64,000 nucleotides of DNA from Gracilinanus agilis. Lineage: Eukaryota. The notes under the pieces were generated by a model that ran no database searches, had not been told where the DNA came from, and worked only from the letters and a program-made list of their open reading frames with translations. The DNA lies in NCBI RefSeq assembly GCF_016433145.1, contig NC_058131.1, positions 670,967,408 to 671,031,407 on the forward strand. The letters are read 5' to 3'. Shown here piece after piece: positions 47,650-59,698 of the stretch. The translations under genes and the position numbers were made by a program. Positions within the stretch are counted from its first letter, which is position 1. Every line of letters begins with the position of its first letter.

Positions 47650-49760
47650 CTGGCAACTCTCTCAGTGCTGGGTTACAAATTCAAGGAAGTTTGAGGAGGG
47701 GACCTGAACCTACAGCAGCACTGTGCTAGGGCAAGAAACCATCCTAGGATCTAAGTTATGTACTACTGAGCAAAGAGCAAGTACAAAAGCAAAAAGGAAC
47801 TAAGCAGAACTGGGAAGTGGGGAGAAGAGGGTCTTCCACTTCAGTTGCCAGGCCAGTCTGAAGCCTACAGCAGAATAATCAAGGCAGGAATGCCAGACCA
47901 AAGAGGAGCCTGAAATTCTGACGCTCAACCTACAGAACCTATAGCTTTCTAGCTGGCTGATAGTGACTAATTATAATAGTAGTCTAATGGAACTCTAACC
48001 AAGGGAAAATCCATAGTTGTATAGTCCAGACCCAAAGTGAAGTCAGCAACTTACAGATCTCAGACAAGGTGAGCAGTGCCCAGATTTTCCCCTGGATTAA
48101 GACACTTTAGAAAAACTGAAAGTTTGCAGGTCTCTGATCCATAACTTGTAATACCCTGAGAAATCAGTAATGGGTCCCAAGAGGACACAAGTATAGCCCA
48201 GACATTCCATTCATAAATGATCAGATCTCATCCTAACTTAAAAATCTAAAGTCAGGAAAATAGCTAAAAAAGTAAAAAAAAAGAAAACAGGAATCCCATC
48301 ATAAAGATTTTTCATGGTGACAAGAGCACTCAATGCATAAACCTAGGGAAAGAAAATTACTACTAACCACCTACAAGCAAAGCTTCAAAGAAAAATACAG
48401 CTTAGGTATGACTTCAACTAGAATTCCTGAAATTTTGAAACAAGAATCTTGGATTTTTTTAAGAGTTGAAGTAATTTATAAATGAAGTAAGAATTCAAGA
48501 GAAAAAAAAATGAGAAAACAAGTGAGAACTATGAAAGACTTGGAAAGATAATTAAAAGCTTGGTGCAAGAGGTACAAAATTTGACCCAAAAGATAGATTC
48601 TCTGAAAATTAGAATGGACCAAATAGAAATTAATGACTCCAAAATACAATAAGAAATATTAAAACAAAGTCAAAGAGAGACTGAAAAATAGAAGAAAATC
48701 TAAGCTATCTCCTAGTAAAAACAATTGACCTAGAAAACAGATCAAGAAGAGATAATTTAAAAATCATTGGACTACTTAAAAACTGTTGCTATAAAAAAAA
48801 GAGCCAGGATATCATATTTCAAGAAATTATAAAACTACTTATATTTCTTAGAACCACAGGGCAAAGTGAAAGTGAAAAAAAAAAAACACTATTCATCGCC
48901 TGAAAGAAGGCTCCAAATGGAAACTCCCAGGAGCATTATAGTCAAAATTTAGAGATTCTAGGCCAAAGGAAAAATACTGCAAGTGGCCAGGAAGAAAGAA
49001 TTCGAATATCAAGGAGCCATAAAAAGTGAAGGATAATGCACAATTTCATAAGCACCACTTAAAGGAAGAAAACTTGGAATACAGTATTCCACAAGGCAAA
49101 AGATAAAGGCTTATAACCAAAAATAACTTCCCTGGGAAAACAATGTAGTCCTAAGGAGGGAAAATAGATGAGGTTTGAATATAACTTTAATGAATTACAA
49201 GATTTCCAGGCATTCCTAATGAGAAGACCAGAGCAGTGTAGACACTTTGAAATACAAACACAGGACTTGAGAGAAACATTAAAAAAAAAAAAAAAAAGTA
49301 AACATGAGTGAGCAATGATAAAGGACTAAGCATGGTTAAATTAAGTTCTAAAATGAAAAAATGACACATGTCCCCTCAGAATCTTATCATCATCAGACAT
49401 CATGGGAGTCTAAGACGGAGGGCAAGGGAGTGATTTTGATATGTCTTAATGATCTTAAAAGAAGAAAGGGAAGGGAAGGAGAAGGTAATACACTGGGGTA
49501 GAGGTAGGATGGGAAGAGTAGGAAAAATTATTTTATAAAATCAGAGACAGAAGTAGAAGATTATATGAACAAAGAGAAAAAGGGTGAGGGGAATGGGCAA
49601 TACTTGAATTTCACTTCTATCTGAACTAGTCAAAGAAGGAAAAAACATATAAACACACTTGGATGAAGAAATACATTTCACTCACAGAGAAAAGCAAGGA
49701 GTGAGGAGCAGGAGAAAAAGGAAGTATATATTAGATCTACTCATTGTTTCTAATTCTATT
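47650..49760 (+). mobile_element. Degraded L1 5'UTR-ORF1-linker (approximate)
   Basis: ORF1-like stretch aaaacaattgacctagaaaacagatcaagaagagataatttaaaaatcattggactac; A-rich, multiple stops. Confidence 0.7.
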
Positions 49761-50603
49761 CCAGAGTTGCCTTCACCATTCCCAAATCCTCTACTGAGAC
49801 ACTGTGGTTTAGTGGAAAGAGGAAACTGATTCAAATTTATGAAAAATCTTTCCCTGATTAATAAATGGGTTAAAGGACATAGGAGGTGATTTTCCAAGGA
49901 AGAAATCCAACCTTTCAAAAACCATATTAAAAAAATCTTCTAAATCAAATCCTGCCACAGACATTTACTTGCTATGTGACCCCAGTCAAGTCACTTATGC
50001 TTTTTTCAACCTCAGTTTCCTTATATATAAAATATGGGTAATAATAGAATTTTATCATACAGGGTTGTTTTTGAAGATCAAAATGCTTTGCAAACTTTAA
50101 AGCACTATTATTATTAATAGAACAGTACAATCAGTTGAGAAATAATATTCAAACCTCATTAGAATGGGAAACAATTTTTTCAGACTGCTAATTAGCCAAA
50201 TTACTTTATTAGTCAACAAACATTTATTAAGCAATGATCAAATGAGATAATATTTGTAATGCAATTGCCACTGTGCCTAACATATAGTAAGTGTTATATG
50301 TGTTTATTCCCTTCCCTCCTATTAAGAATCTACAATGATCCAGGCATTATTCTAAGTGCTGGCGATTATAATAGTAAATAGTAAATAAAAAAATAATAGT
50401 AAATAAAAAAATAGTAAATGGCAGTGTCTGCCCTCAAGGAATCCACAATCTAATGATTGTCATATTAAGCAGCTGATGGCCTCTCTCTGGTGCCAACTTT
50501 TCCTTTGGCATCTGCCAAGTTCTACTACTACTTAAGCACTCTCTCCCCTACTAATTGGTGATAAGAAAGGGGAAGACACCAGCTATCATTACAGCAGACT
50601 TTT

Positions 50604-51143
50604 TTAAAAATTAATTTATTTATTTAGAATATTTTTCCATGGTTACATGATTCATATTCTTCCCCTCCTTTCTTCCCTCCCCGCTCCCTGAGCTGATGAG
50701 CAATTCCACTGGGTTATACATGCTTCATTGTTCAAAACTGATTTCCATATTATTAATATTTGCAATAGAATGATCATTTAAAATCAAAACCCCCAATCAT
50801 ATCCCTAGCCCCATCTAACCACGTGATTGATCCTATGTTTTAATTCTGCGTTTCTGCTCCCACAGTTCTTTCTCTGGATGTGGATAATGAAGCATGTATA
50901 ACCCAGTGGAGTCTACATCCTAATTGTGTCCGCATCAACCCATGTGTTCAAGCATTTGTTTTTCTTCTGTGTTTCCACTCCTGTAGTTCTTCCTCTGAAT
51001 GTAGGTAATGTTCTTTTCCATAAATCCCTCAGAATTGTCCTGGGTCATTGCATTGCTGCTAGTACAGAAGCCCATTACATTCGATTGTACCACAATATAT
51101 CAGTCTCTGTGTACAATGTTCTCCTGGTTCTGCTCCTTTCCCT
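50604..51143 (-). mobile_element. 5'-truncated L1 3' end
   Basis: T-rich tail and L1 3'UTR/ORF2 end; TSD-like ttacagcagactt (50589) / ttactgcaaactt (51145). Confidence 0.8.
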
Positions 51144-51933
51144 CTTACTGCAAACTTCTTGATGCTGCTCACAAGATGGATGCTAACAGAAGGAAATGCA
51201 CAAAAGGGGTAAAGGCAGCCACCGGGTCCAGGAGGAGCTTAGCTTGTTGAGTTTGTGTTAGGTGAGAACTCAATAGAAGGACCAGCAGCCCCTCCTACCA
51301 TTATGTTGGAGTACAGAAAGGCCCTCCTCCACCCCTCACATAAATCATATTTTGTCACCTAAAGGGCTACATCAAAGAGGTAATGAGGAGGAAACTGCTT
51401 CTACTTTTACCATGTTAAGCCCCAAAGCCATTGATTCTTCAGGCTCAGCAACCACTTGGGTATGAAGATAAAGCCAGTTCCCCAGTGTTCCTGAGTGCTC
51501 ACCAGAAGTGGGGAAAGATCAGAGAATGCAAGGAGGAAAGCCTCATTACAGCTAAAACAAGTTAAATTTAATAAAGAATAAGATGAATTTAATATCACTA
51601 CTAGAGGAAATATAGTAACTGAGTCACTAGTACCCAGATTCTAAACCAGGTTTTGAAGGAGGGGAGTGGAGGGACAAATGACTGAGGTGCTGATCCAAGA
51701 TATTAGATTTAGAACCGAAATCATTTACTCCAAACCCCTAATTTTTATAGGTAGGAAAAAAGAGATTCAAGGAGTTAGGCACTGTACACAAAGTCACAAA
51801 GGTAGTAACAGAGCTGAAATTTCAACATGGTGCCTCTGACCCCAAATTCAGTGCTCTTACTACCTTAATGTGCTGTCTAGAACACAGAATTTTGAAATAC
51901 AGATATCAAAGAGATTAGCTCAACTCTAAGAGA

Positions 51934-52715
51934 TGTTATGAGTAAGATTAGATTAGCTAGTTATTAGGTATTGATTATATATTGATTAGGAAGTACCTAG
52001 CAGGAAGGAGCTGGAGCTGGGAATTCCAGGTTGGAATGAAGGAGCAGGAAGTCTATCTGTGCTGTGTGTGGACTTTATTAGTGGTAGGCAAAAACTGTTG
52101 CCAGCCTGGGAGACCTCAGAGCAAAGGACACCTTGCATCCTGTTTTCCCCTGGGATCCTGTGTGGTGTGGCATTTAAGGAAAGAACAAGAGAAGAGGACA
52201 GTGCTTCAAGCAAACCCCTTACTACTTGGTTCCTGAGACAACTGTAGCTCCTGGCATCCAGACATCATCAGTGGATTGCAGTGAGAAATCCCAAAGCCAC
52301 AAAAGCCCCAGCTGTACTCAAGCCTGGCAGGTTCCAGGTTTGAGGCAGAAACCCAGAGACTCCAGTATAGCTCCTTGGGCCCTGTTAGTTAGATAGCTTA
52401 GATTAGTGTAGTGAATAAGTCCTTCCTTGTCCCTTTGGGTTTTGTTATTAGGTGTTAAGATTTTAGAGTAGTCATTCCTATCCCTCCTTTTAGTTGTTTC
52501 TAATTAAAACCTAATTTCACCTTGTTACCTTGTCAGTTAATTCAAAGCCTCTGGCCAGAGTGACAGTTGGATGTTATTTTCCAGTTGGGAGTGGTGTAGC
52601 TGTACAAGACTTCAGTGTTCAGTTATAGTCTCTCTTACATCCCAGAGAGTGTTCCCACAAACCCCATAGTTGATTTTAATATCCCTGGTGACCCCATTAC
52701 TTATATTTTCCTACA
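51934..52715. mobile_element. Solo LTR, 782 bp
   Basis: TGTTA...CTACA with 4-bp TSD GAGA (51930-51933 / 52716-52719). ATTAAA near 52503 suggests + orientation. Confidence 0.7.
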
Positions 52716-53040
52716 GAGAGAGACCCTTTGGGGAAATAAAGAAAAACAAGAGATTTACAAGTTGATAAAAAGCCTTACAAGTTGATAAAAATCCATATGG
52801 TAGAGTTGTAAGTCATATGAGCAGAGAAGTGGCATAATGAAATTCAGGTTCCAGATTTTTTGTAGTAATATTCAGGAAGCAGAGACAAAAAGCAGAGAGA
52901 TTAACTAAATCTCTTGTAACAATCCAAATTTGAGGTGATAAAGGCATGGTGATGATTAAGAGAAAAAAGAGAAAGGAAGCAAACATTTATCAAATACCTA
53001 CCACATGCCAGACATTGGAAAGTGCCTTACAAATACCTCA

Positions 53041-54210
53041 TTTTAAAATTTTTAATTTTTTATTATTTAGATATTTTATTTTACCAATTATATGTAATAA
53101 CAAATTTCCACGTAAGTTTTCTGAAGTTATGTGATCCAAATTGTCTCCATCCCTCCCCTCCCTGCTTCCAGAATTGGCAAGTAATTTGATCTGGGTTATA
53201 CATGTATTATCATGCAAAACGTATTTCCACATTGATCATTTTTATAAGAGAATAATCATATAAAACAAAAAACCCAAAACAAAAGCTCAAATAAACTAAA
53301 GTAAAAAATGCATATACCTTGATCTTAATTCTGATTTCAACAGTACTTTCTCTGGAGCTAGATAGCATTCTTTATCATAAGTCACTCAGAATTATCCTGG
53401 ATCATTGTATTGCTGAGAGCAGCCAAGTTTATAACACAATATTGCTATTACTGAGTAAAGTGTTCTCCTGGTTCTGCTTATTTCAATCTGCATTAGTTCA
53501 TGAAGGTCTTCCCAGCTCTTTCTGAAATCATCCCGTTCATTATTTTTTATAACACAATAGTATTCCATCATTATCATATACCACAATTTGTTCAGTCATT
53601 CCCCAATTGGTAGACATCCCTTCAGTTTCCAATTCTTTGCTACCACAAAAAGAAGAGATATAAATATTTTTATATAAGTAGGTCCATTCCCTTTTTAAAA
53701 AATCTCTTTGGAATATAGACCTAGTAGTGATATTACTGGATCAAAGGGTATGCATTGTTTTATAGCCCTTTGGACATAGTTCCAAATTGCCCTCTAGAAT
53801 CATTCTAAAATGAATAATTTTGATTATATTAAATTAAAAAGGTTTTATACAAACAAAACCAGTATAACCAAGATTAGAAGAGAAGTGACAAACAGGGAAA
53901 AAATTGTATAACAAATTTCTCTGATAAAGGTCTCATTTCTCAAATATATAGAGAATAAGTCAAATGTATAAGAATACAATCCATTCCCCAACTGACAAAT
54001 GGCCAAGGATATGAATAAGCAGTTTTCAGATGAAGAAATTATCATATAAAAATTGATTTTGATTGAAGAAATACAAATTAAAACAACTCCGAGGTACCAC
54101 CTCACACCTATCAGATTGGCCGATATGACAATAAAAGAAAGTGATCAATGTTGGTGGGGATGTGGCAAAATTGGGACACTAATGCATTGTTAGTGGAATT
54201 GTGAACTGAT
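53041..54210 (-). mobile_element. L1 3' end with inverted 5' segment
   Basis: 53041-53800 is a minus-strand L1 3' end. 53801-54210 is the immediately upstream ORF2 piece, on the plus strand. Confidence 0.7.
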
Positions 54211-54264
54211 GATGAATTTTGTTATTATTTTTCTAGTTCTATAAAATAGTTTTTTGGTAGCTTG

Positions 54265-54538
54265 TGTAAGCTTAAAAAATTAATATACAATATCCCCAAG
54301 TATTATATTTAATAAGATTTATTAATAATAAATTGAAGTAAAGGAAAATAAAAAGCTAGAGTAAAGAGGAAGTTAACCCACCCATAGTGGCGAGAGAAGA
54401 GAGCGAAAAGGTGGGGTTACAACCAACTTATAAACAAAATGTGAGGACATGATGTAGGGGAGAGAGGAAAGGAATTTTGGGACAAGAAAAAGAATTCTGG
54501 GAGATGGAGTCTTTAGGGTACAACATTCTTATTCCACA
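54265..54538 (-). mobile_element. Short solo LTR, 274 bp, inside an L1 ORF2 fragment
   Basis: TGTAAG...CCACA with TSD CTTG (54261-54264 / 54539-54542); minus-strand TATAA and AATAAA. Confidence 0.8.
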
Positions 54539-54895
54539 CTTGATTGATACTGAATAAGTAAATTAATTTAGATAGAATTATCATTTTTATTATATTAGTT
54601 CAGTCTACATATGAGTAATTAATTTTTTGGAGTAGAAATTGGAGTAGACCTGTAGATGAAAACATATGATTTATCACATGTTTATTTTGGTATGTGATTT
54701 GGAATTTTGGTTTTATAAGATTACTCTCTTACAAAAATGAATAATATGGAAATAGGTTTTGAGTGATAATACATGTATAACTCAGTGGAATTGCTTGTCT
54801 CTGGGGTGGGACAGAACATGAATCATGTAACTTTGGAAAATTTATGTATAATTTTTGTTACTGGAATAAAATAAAGTTAAAAAAATTTTAAAGAA

Positions 54896-56460
54896 TATCA
54901 GAGCAGTTTTCTTTGATAATTTCTTATAATATTATGTCTAGACTTTTTAAAATCATGACTTTCAGGTAGACCAATAACTCTTAGATTGTCTCTCCTGGAT
55001 CTATTTCCTAGGTCAGTTTTTTTTTCAATGAGATATTTCATATTTTCTTCTATTTTTTCATTCTTTTGATTTTGTTTTATTGTTTCTTCATGTCTCATGA
55101 AATCATTTTCTTCTATTTATCCAATTTTAATTTTTAAAGGATGATTTTCTTCCATGACCTTGTGAACCTCCTTTTCCATTTGGTCAATTCTACTTTTTTT
55201 TCAACTCTTACCTTCTGCTTTAGAACCAATTTGGTCCTAAGGCAGAAGAGTGGTAAGGGGTAGGCAATGAGAGTTAAGTGATTTGCCCAGGATCACACAG
55301 CTAGAAAGTGTCTGAGGCCAGATTTGAACCTAGGACCTCCCATCTCTAGGACTGGCTCTCAATCTACTGAGCTACCTAGCTGCCCCCTCAATTCTATTTT
55401 TTAAAAAACTCTTTTCTTCATTGGATTTTTGCACCTCTTTTTCAATTCAACCAAAACTGCTTTTTAAGCTGTTATTTTCTTTTCATATTATTTTTATTTA
55501 TTTCCCCCATTTTTCTTCTGCCTCTCTTATTTGATTTTTGAATCCATTTTTGAGCTCATCTAGCACTTGAAGCCAATTCCCATTTTTCTCTGAAGTTTTG
55601 CATGTGGCTGCCTTGATCTCACTCTCCTCTACTGAGTCTGTGCCCTGCTCATTGTCTCCATAAAATTTTTCAATGGTTAGGAGTTTCTTTTGTTATTTGC
55701 TCACTTTCCCAGCTTTTTTTTTTTAACTTTTCCTTTTTATCTTAAGGGTGGACTCTGTTTTCAGAGTAAAGAATGAACTCTCTTAAACTTCAGTTTTTCC
55801 TTGCTGCCACCCACAGCTCTAGTTCTGGTTTTCTACAACTTTCAGTTTTTCTAAGGTAGAATGATGATCTGGGGACTGAGAGCTCTGGAAGCCACCTCCT
55901 GCTACTGATTCTTCTAGGGACTGCTGATAGCTTGCAGGGCTCAAAGCATTGTGGGCTACTGTTACAAATAAAATTAATATAGATGAATATATTTAAAGAT
56001 ATTAGGGTTTTGTTAACAGCCATATTGATAATTAAAAAGAACCACATGCCTGCTAATATCTAATTCAAATGGCCTGCCATACCTTCCCCTTGGCTGCTTC
56101 CTAGGAAAGAGAGTGTCCCAATCAAGTTCTGAGACTTTATACCTCTGTCTGCGTAATCACACTTCCTGCCCACCTGTGTTACACAAGAGGAATCATGGGA
56201 AATGTAGTTTTCAAGCCCCCTAAATGTCCATAGGAAGTTTATACCAGAGACCTCAATATTAAGGTCAAGGACCCCAAATTTCCAATATCACACTACTTTG
56301 CCCCAGGAGTTGGGACTTCACTGCAGGCTTGAAAAGGCCAAGCAATATGAACTTTAGGGCCTTCCTGTGGGCTGGTGCCAGAGCTTGGGACTTTGAGGGG
56401 TAAGTAGGGGTGCTCTACTATTGGTTTAGGTAGAGTCCCAGGGTCTTGAAGTTGGCTTGT
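54896..56460 (-). mobile_element. L1 ORF1 / 5'UTR fragment carrying a SINE (55193-55387) and an LTR
   Basis: ORF 54898-55098 reads ...ENMKYLIEKKTDLGNRSRRDNLRVIGLPESHD, typical L1 ORF1p. SINE TSD tcaattcta(c/t)tttt. Confidence 0.8.
55960..56292 (-). mobile_element. Solo LTR, 333 bp
   Basis: TGTTA...TCACA with TSD CTAC (55956-55959 / 56293-56296); minus-strand TATAAA. Confidence 0.8.
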
Positions 56461-58014
56461 GTCCAAGTTTTGGAAGTTGATGTTGTAGGTTGGGGATTGG
56501 CAGCTTACACTCCTCTGTATGCAGTTTTACTTCTGATTCTCCTCTTATCCTGTGAAAGAGACATTCTGCCTACATTTCAACTTGTTTTCTATAGGAAAGT
56601 TACTTCACTCCATCCCCTTGGTTCTGAAACTCCAGTATTCCTTTTGAGGTGCTATTTTAAGGTTGATTTGATTCTCAGAGCAGTTCCAGCTTTCCATGCT
56701 GCTACCCCACCATCCTGGACATCTCAATATTTCATTTGATCCTCACAACTCTCTGTGGTAGGTTTTTGGTGGGGAATCCGAGGCAAAGAGAGGTTAACTG
56801 ACTCACCAAGAGTCACACAGCTTAGTTGCAGACTGGATTTGAACTTGAGTCTTCCTAACTTCAGGCCCAGCTGGAGGAAGGAATAAGGCTAAGTGAAATT
56901 ACAATACATTTTATGCAATGAGCAACCTCTTCTGTGCTAGGAACTAGGAGATATACAAAGATAAACAAGATTAATCCCTGTCCTAAAGAAGTTTTCAACT
57001 TTCAGGAAGAAACAGCCAGTGTTGGTGAGATATTAGGTGCTAGAAAACTATTGAGAAGGAATAGCCAAATAAAACTTTGTATGTTATACTTGATTTTTTA
57101 GACCCCAGAGAAATTAGAAGATAATGTCCACAATGGAAAAATTGAAAAGTTATCTTTATTTGGGAGGGAAATAAATTAAGTTTTTCATGTTTTAAATAAA
57201 TATAAGACCCAATATATAACTGGATATAATAAATAGGGTGATGAACTTGGAGTCTGGAAGTTCTGGGTATGAATCTGCCTCAGATGTTTACTAACTGTGT
57301 AACCCTGGACAAGTCATTTAAACTCTAGAAGCCTCAGCTTCCTCATATGCAAAATGATAGGGTTGAATTTGTTGACTTCTAAAGCCCCATTCCAGTTCTA
57401 AATCCATGATTCTATGCTTCTATTCTCTCCACTCTCTAATCCATCATTAATAATACTAAAACATATTCTGCTAAGACATAGGTCAGTTATTTTCATCCCT
57501 CTACTCAAAACCGTCCTATGGCCCCCACTATCAAATAAATAAATAAATAAAAAGAATTAAATTCTTTTGGTGGCCCTCCACAGTATGGTGCTAATCTTAT
57601 CTCATTTTACTCTATGCCCTAGCCAAACTTGAATACTTCTCAACTGATATACATGAGTTTCATTTCATGCTTTCCTATTTGTTTTTAAACTTTGTTCATG
57701 ATGTTCCCTGTGCCTTGAATGGCCCCTCTTTTACCACTCATCACCAGCCTGGGCCTGATGAATTTCCACCCTATTCTTTCAACCCCAAATCATGTCATCT
57801 CCTCAAAGAAGTTCTTCCTTGTCCCAGTTAGTATTAAAACCCCTTTGGATCTTATTCAGTACTTGTTTATACTTCTTTTGTTCAGTCTACCTTGCATTAT
57901 GCTTTGTATATATGTCATAATATTGTAGAGATATAAAAGAGATCCTTGAGATAGTGAAAGAATTCCCTCATTTTAGTTCAACCACCCAATTTTACATATG
58001 AAATTTTTAGAGTA

Positions 58015-58475
58015 TCTTTTTTTGTTTAATTAATTAAGAATATTTTTCCATGGTTACATGAATCATGTTCTTTCCCTCCCCTCCTCCCACCCCTTCCCAT
58101 AGCCAACAAGCAATTCCATTGGGTTTTACATGTGTCATTGATCAAGACTTATTTCCATATTATTAATATTTGCATTAGGGTGATCACTAGAGTCTACATT
58201 CCCAATCATGTCCCCATCGACCCATGTGATCAAGCAGTTGTTTTTCTTCTGTGTTTCTACTCCCACAGTTCTTTCTCTGGGTATGGATAGTGTTCTTTCT
58301 CACAAGTCCCTCAGAATTGTCCTAGATCACTGCATTGCTGCTAGTAGAAAAGTCCATTACATTTGATTGGGCCACAGTGTATCCATCTCTGTGTATAAGG
58401 TTCTCCTGGTTCTGTTCCTTTCACTCTGCATCAATCTTTGGAGGTCGTTCAAGTTCACATGGAATTCCTCCAGTC
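58015..58475 (-). mobile_element. 5'-truncated L1 3' end
   Basis: Similar to 50604-51143 (gaatatttttccatggttacatga...ggttctcctggttctg). Confidence 0.8.
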
Positions 58476-58940
58476 ATATGAAATTATTTTAAAGGTTCAT
58501 TTTTTTTATGCTTAGCTTCATTGACTAAGTTATTTTTTCCCCCTATCCCTTCTCCTTTGTCTTAGGATCAGTTCTAAGGCAGAAGAGCAGCAAGGGCTAG
58601 ACAATCAGGTTTAAGTGACTTGCCCAGGGTCACACAGCTAGGAAATATCTACAGTCAAATTTGAACTCAGGTCCTCCCAACTTCAGGCCTGGTGCTCTAT
58701 CCAGAAAACTCTAAAACCCAGAACCTAGATGAGTTACCTAAAGTCACTCAGTAAGTGGCAGCATTAATTTGAACCCAGGTCCTAGAGAGTAGTCATTAAT
58801 ACAGGACCTTAGAGTGGGAAGGGATTGCTCACACTATCCAGTCCAACTTTATCAGAACAAGCATACCTCCCACAACATATATGACAAGTGGCCACCAACC
58901 CTTTGCTTGAAGACTTTTAGTGAGAAGAAATTCCACTATT

Positions 58941-59135
58941 GTAATAGTAGTTGCAGCAGAAGTAAAGGCAGAAGCAGTATAATAGTAGTAGTCATAGTAG
59001 TAATTTTAAGCAGTAGTAGCAGTAATACTAGTAGTAGTAGTAGTAGTAGTAGTAATACTAGTAGCAGGAGTAGTACCAGCAGCAGCAGCAACAATAGCAG
59101 TAGTGGGAGCAGGAGCAGGAACAAAAGCAATAGTA
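58941..59135. repeat. Compound (AGT)n/(AGC)n trinucleotide repeat
   Basis: agtagtagcagtaatactagtagtagtagtagtagtagt...agcagcagcagcaac. Confidence 0.9.
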
Positions 59136-59419
59136 GATGTCATGTTAGGTACAACAAGTCTCTCCTGAGGATCCTAGATAATTGTCTGAAGTTTTGGGAG
59201 TAGATGGACTTTTCTAATAAGAATCTGGCTATGGCATTAGAGCCCTTGGAATCGCTGAATTATTTGCATCTGTGAAGGGACACTGTTAGTTGACCCACCA
59301 ATCAGCAGAGAAGGAAAAGCAGCTAATGGGGTTAATATTACTGTAGGGCCTGGAAGGTCGGGGCTGTGAGCCCTGAGTAAGAAGCCATATGGGGGACATG
59401 GGAGGGCAGAGAGCTTTAA

Positions 59420-59429
59420 TTAAAATTAG
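59420..59429 (+). promoter_or_regulatory. MEF2-type site upstream of SYNPO2L exon 1
   Basis: TTAAAATTAG matches YTA(W)4TAR, 270 nt upstream of the ATG of a striated-muscle gene. Motif match only. Confidence 0.4.
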
Positions 59430-59698
59430 CCCTTGGAGTGGCACAGCCGGAGGAGTTGGGGCGGGGGTGAGCCAGCAACTATTTTGAGCACAGCTCCGAT
59501 TGACGGGACATATGTCCTGAGCAGGACTGGGCCAAGGGCTGAGCCACCCAACTAGCAGGGTGGGGGGGGGGGGTAGGAAAGGCCTAGAGGTTGGTAGCCG
59601 TAACAGGACAGACAGACGGGAAGGACGGGGGTTCTAACCCCTCAACTTTTTTCTTGGGACAGTCTCTAAACAGCAAGGGCCACAGGCTGAGTTAAGCA

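Noticed and set aside
47663-47677. 15-nt identity (cagtgctgggttaca) with the reverse complement of 8012-8026
   Set aside because: The match does not extend on either side. A single 15-mer in repeat-rich DNA is too little to claim that the two are LTR partners.
58814-59203. Poly-Ser / poly-Leu ORFs
   Set aside because: Direct translations of the AGT/AGC triplet repeat.
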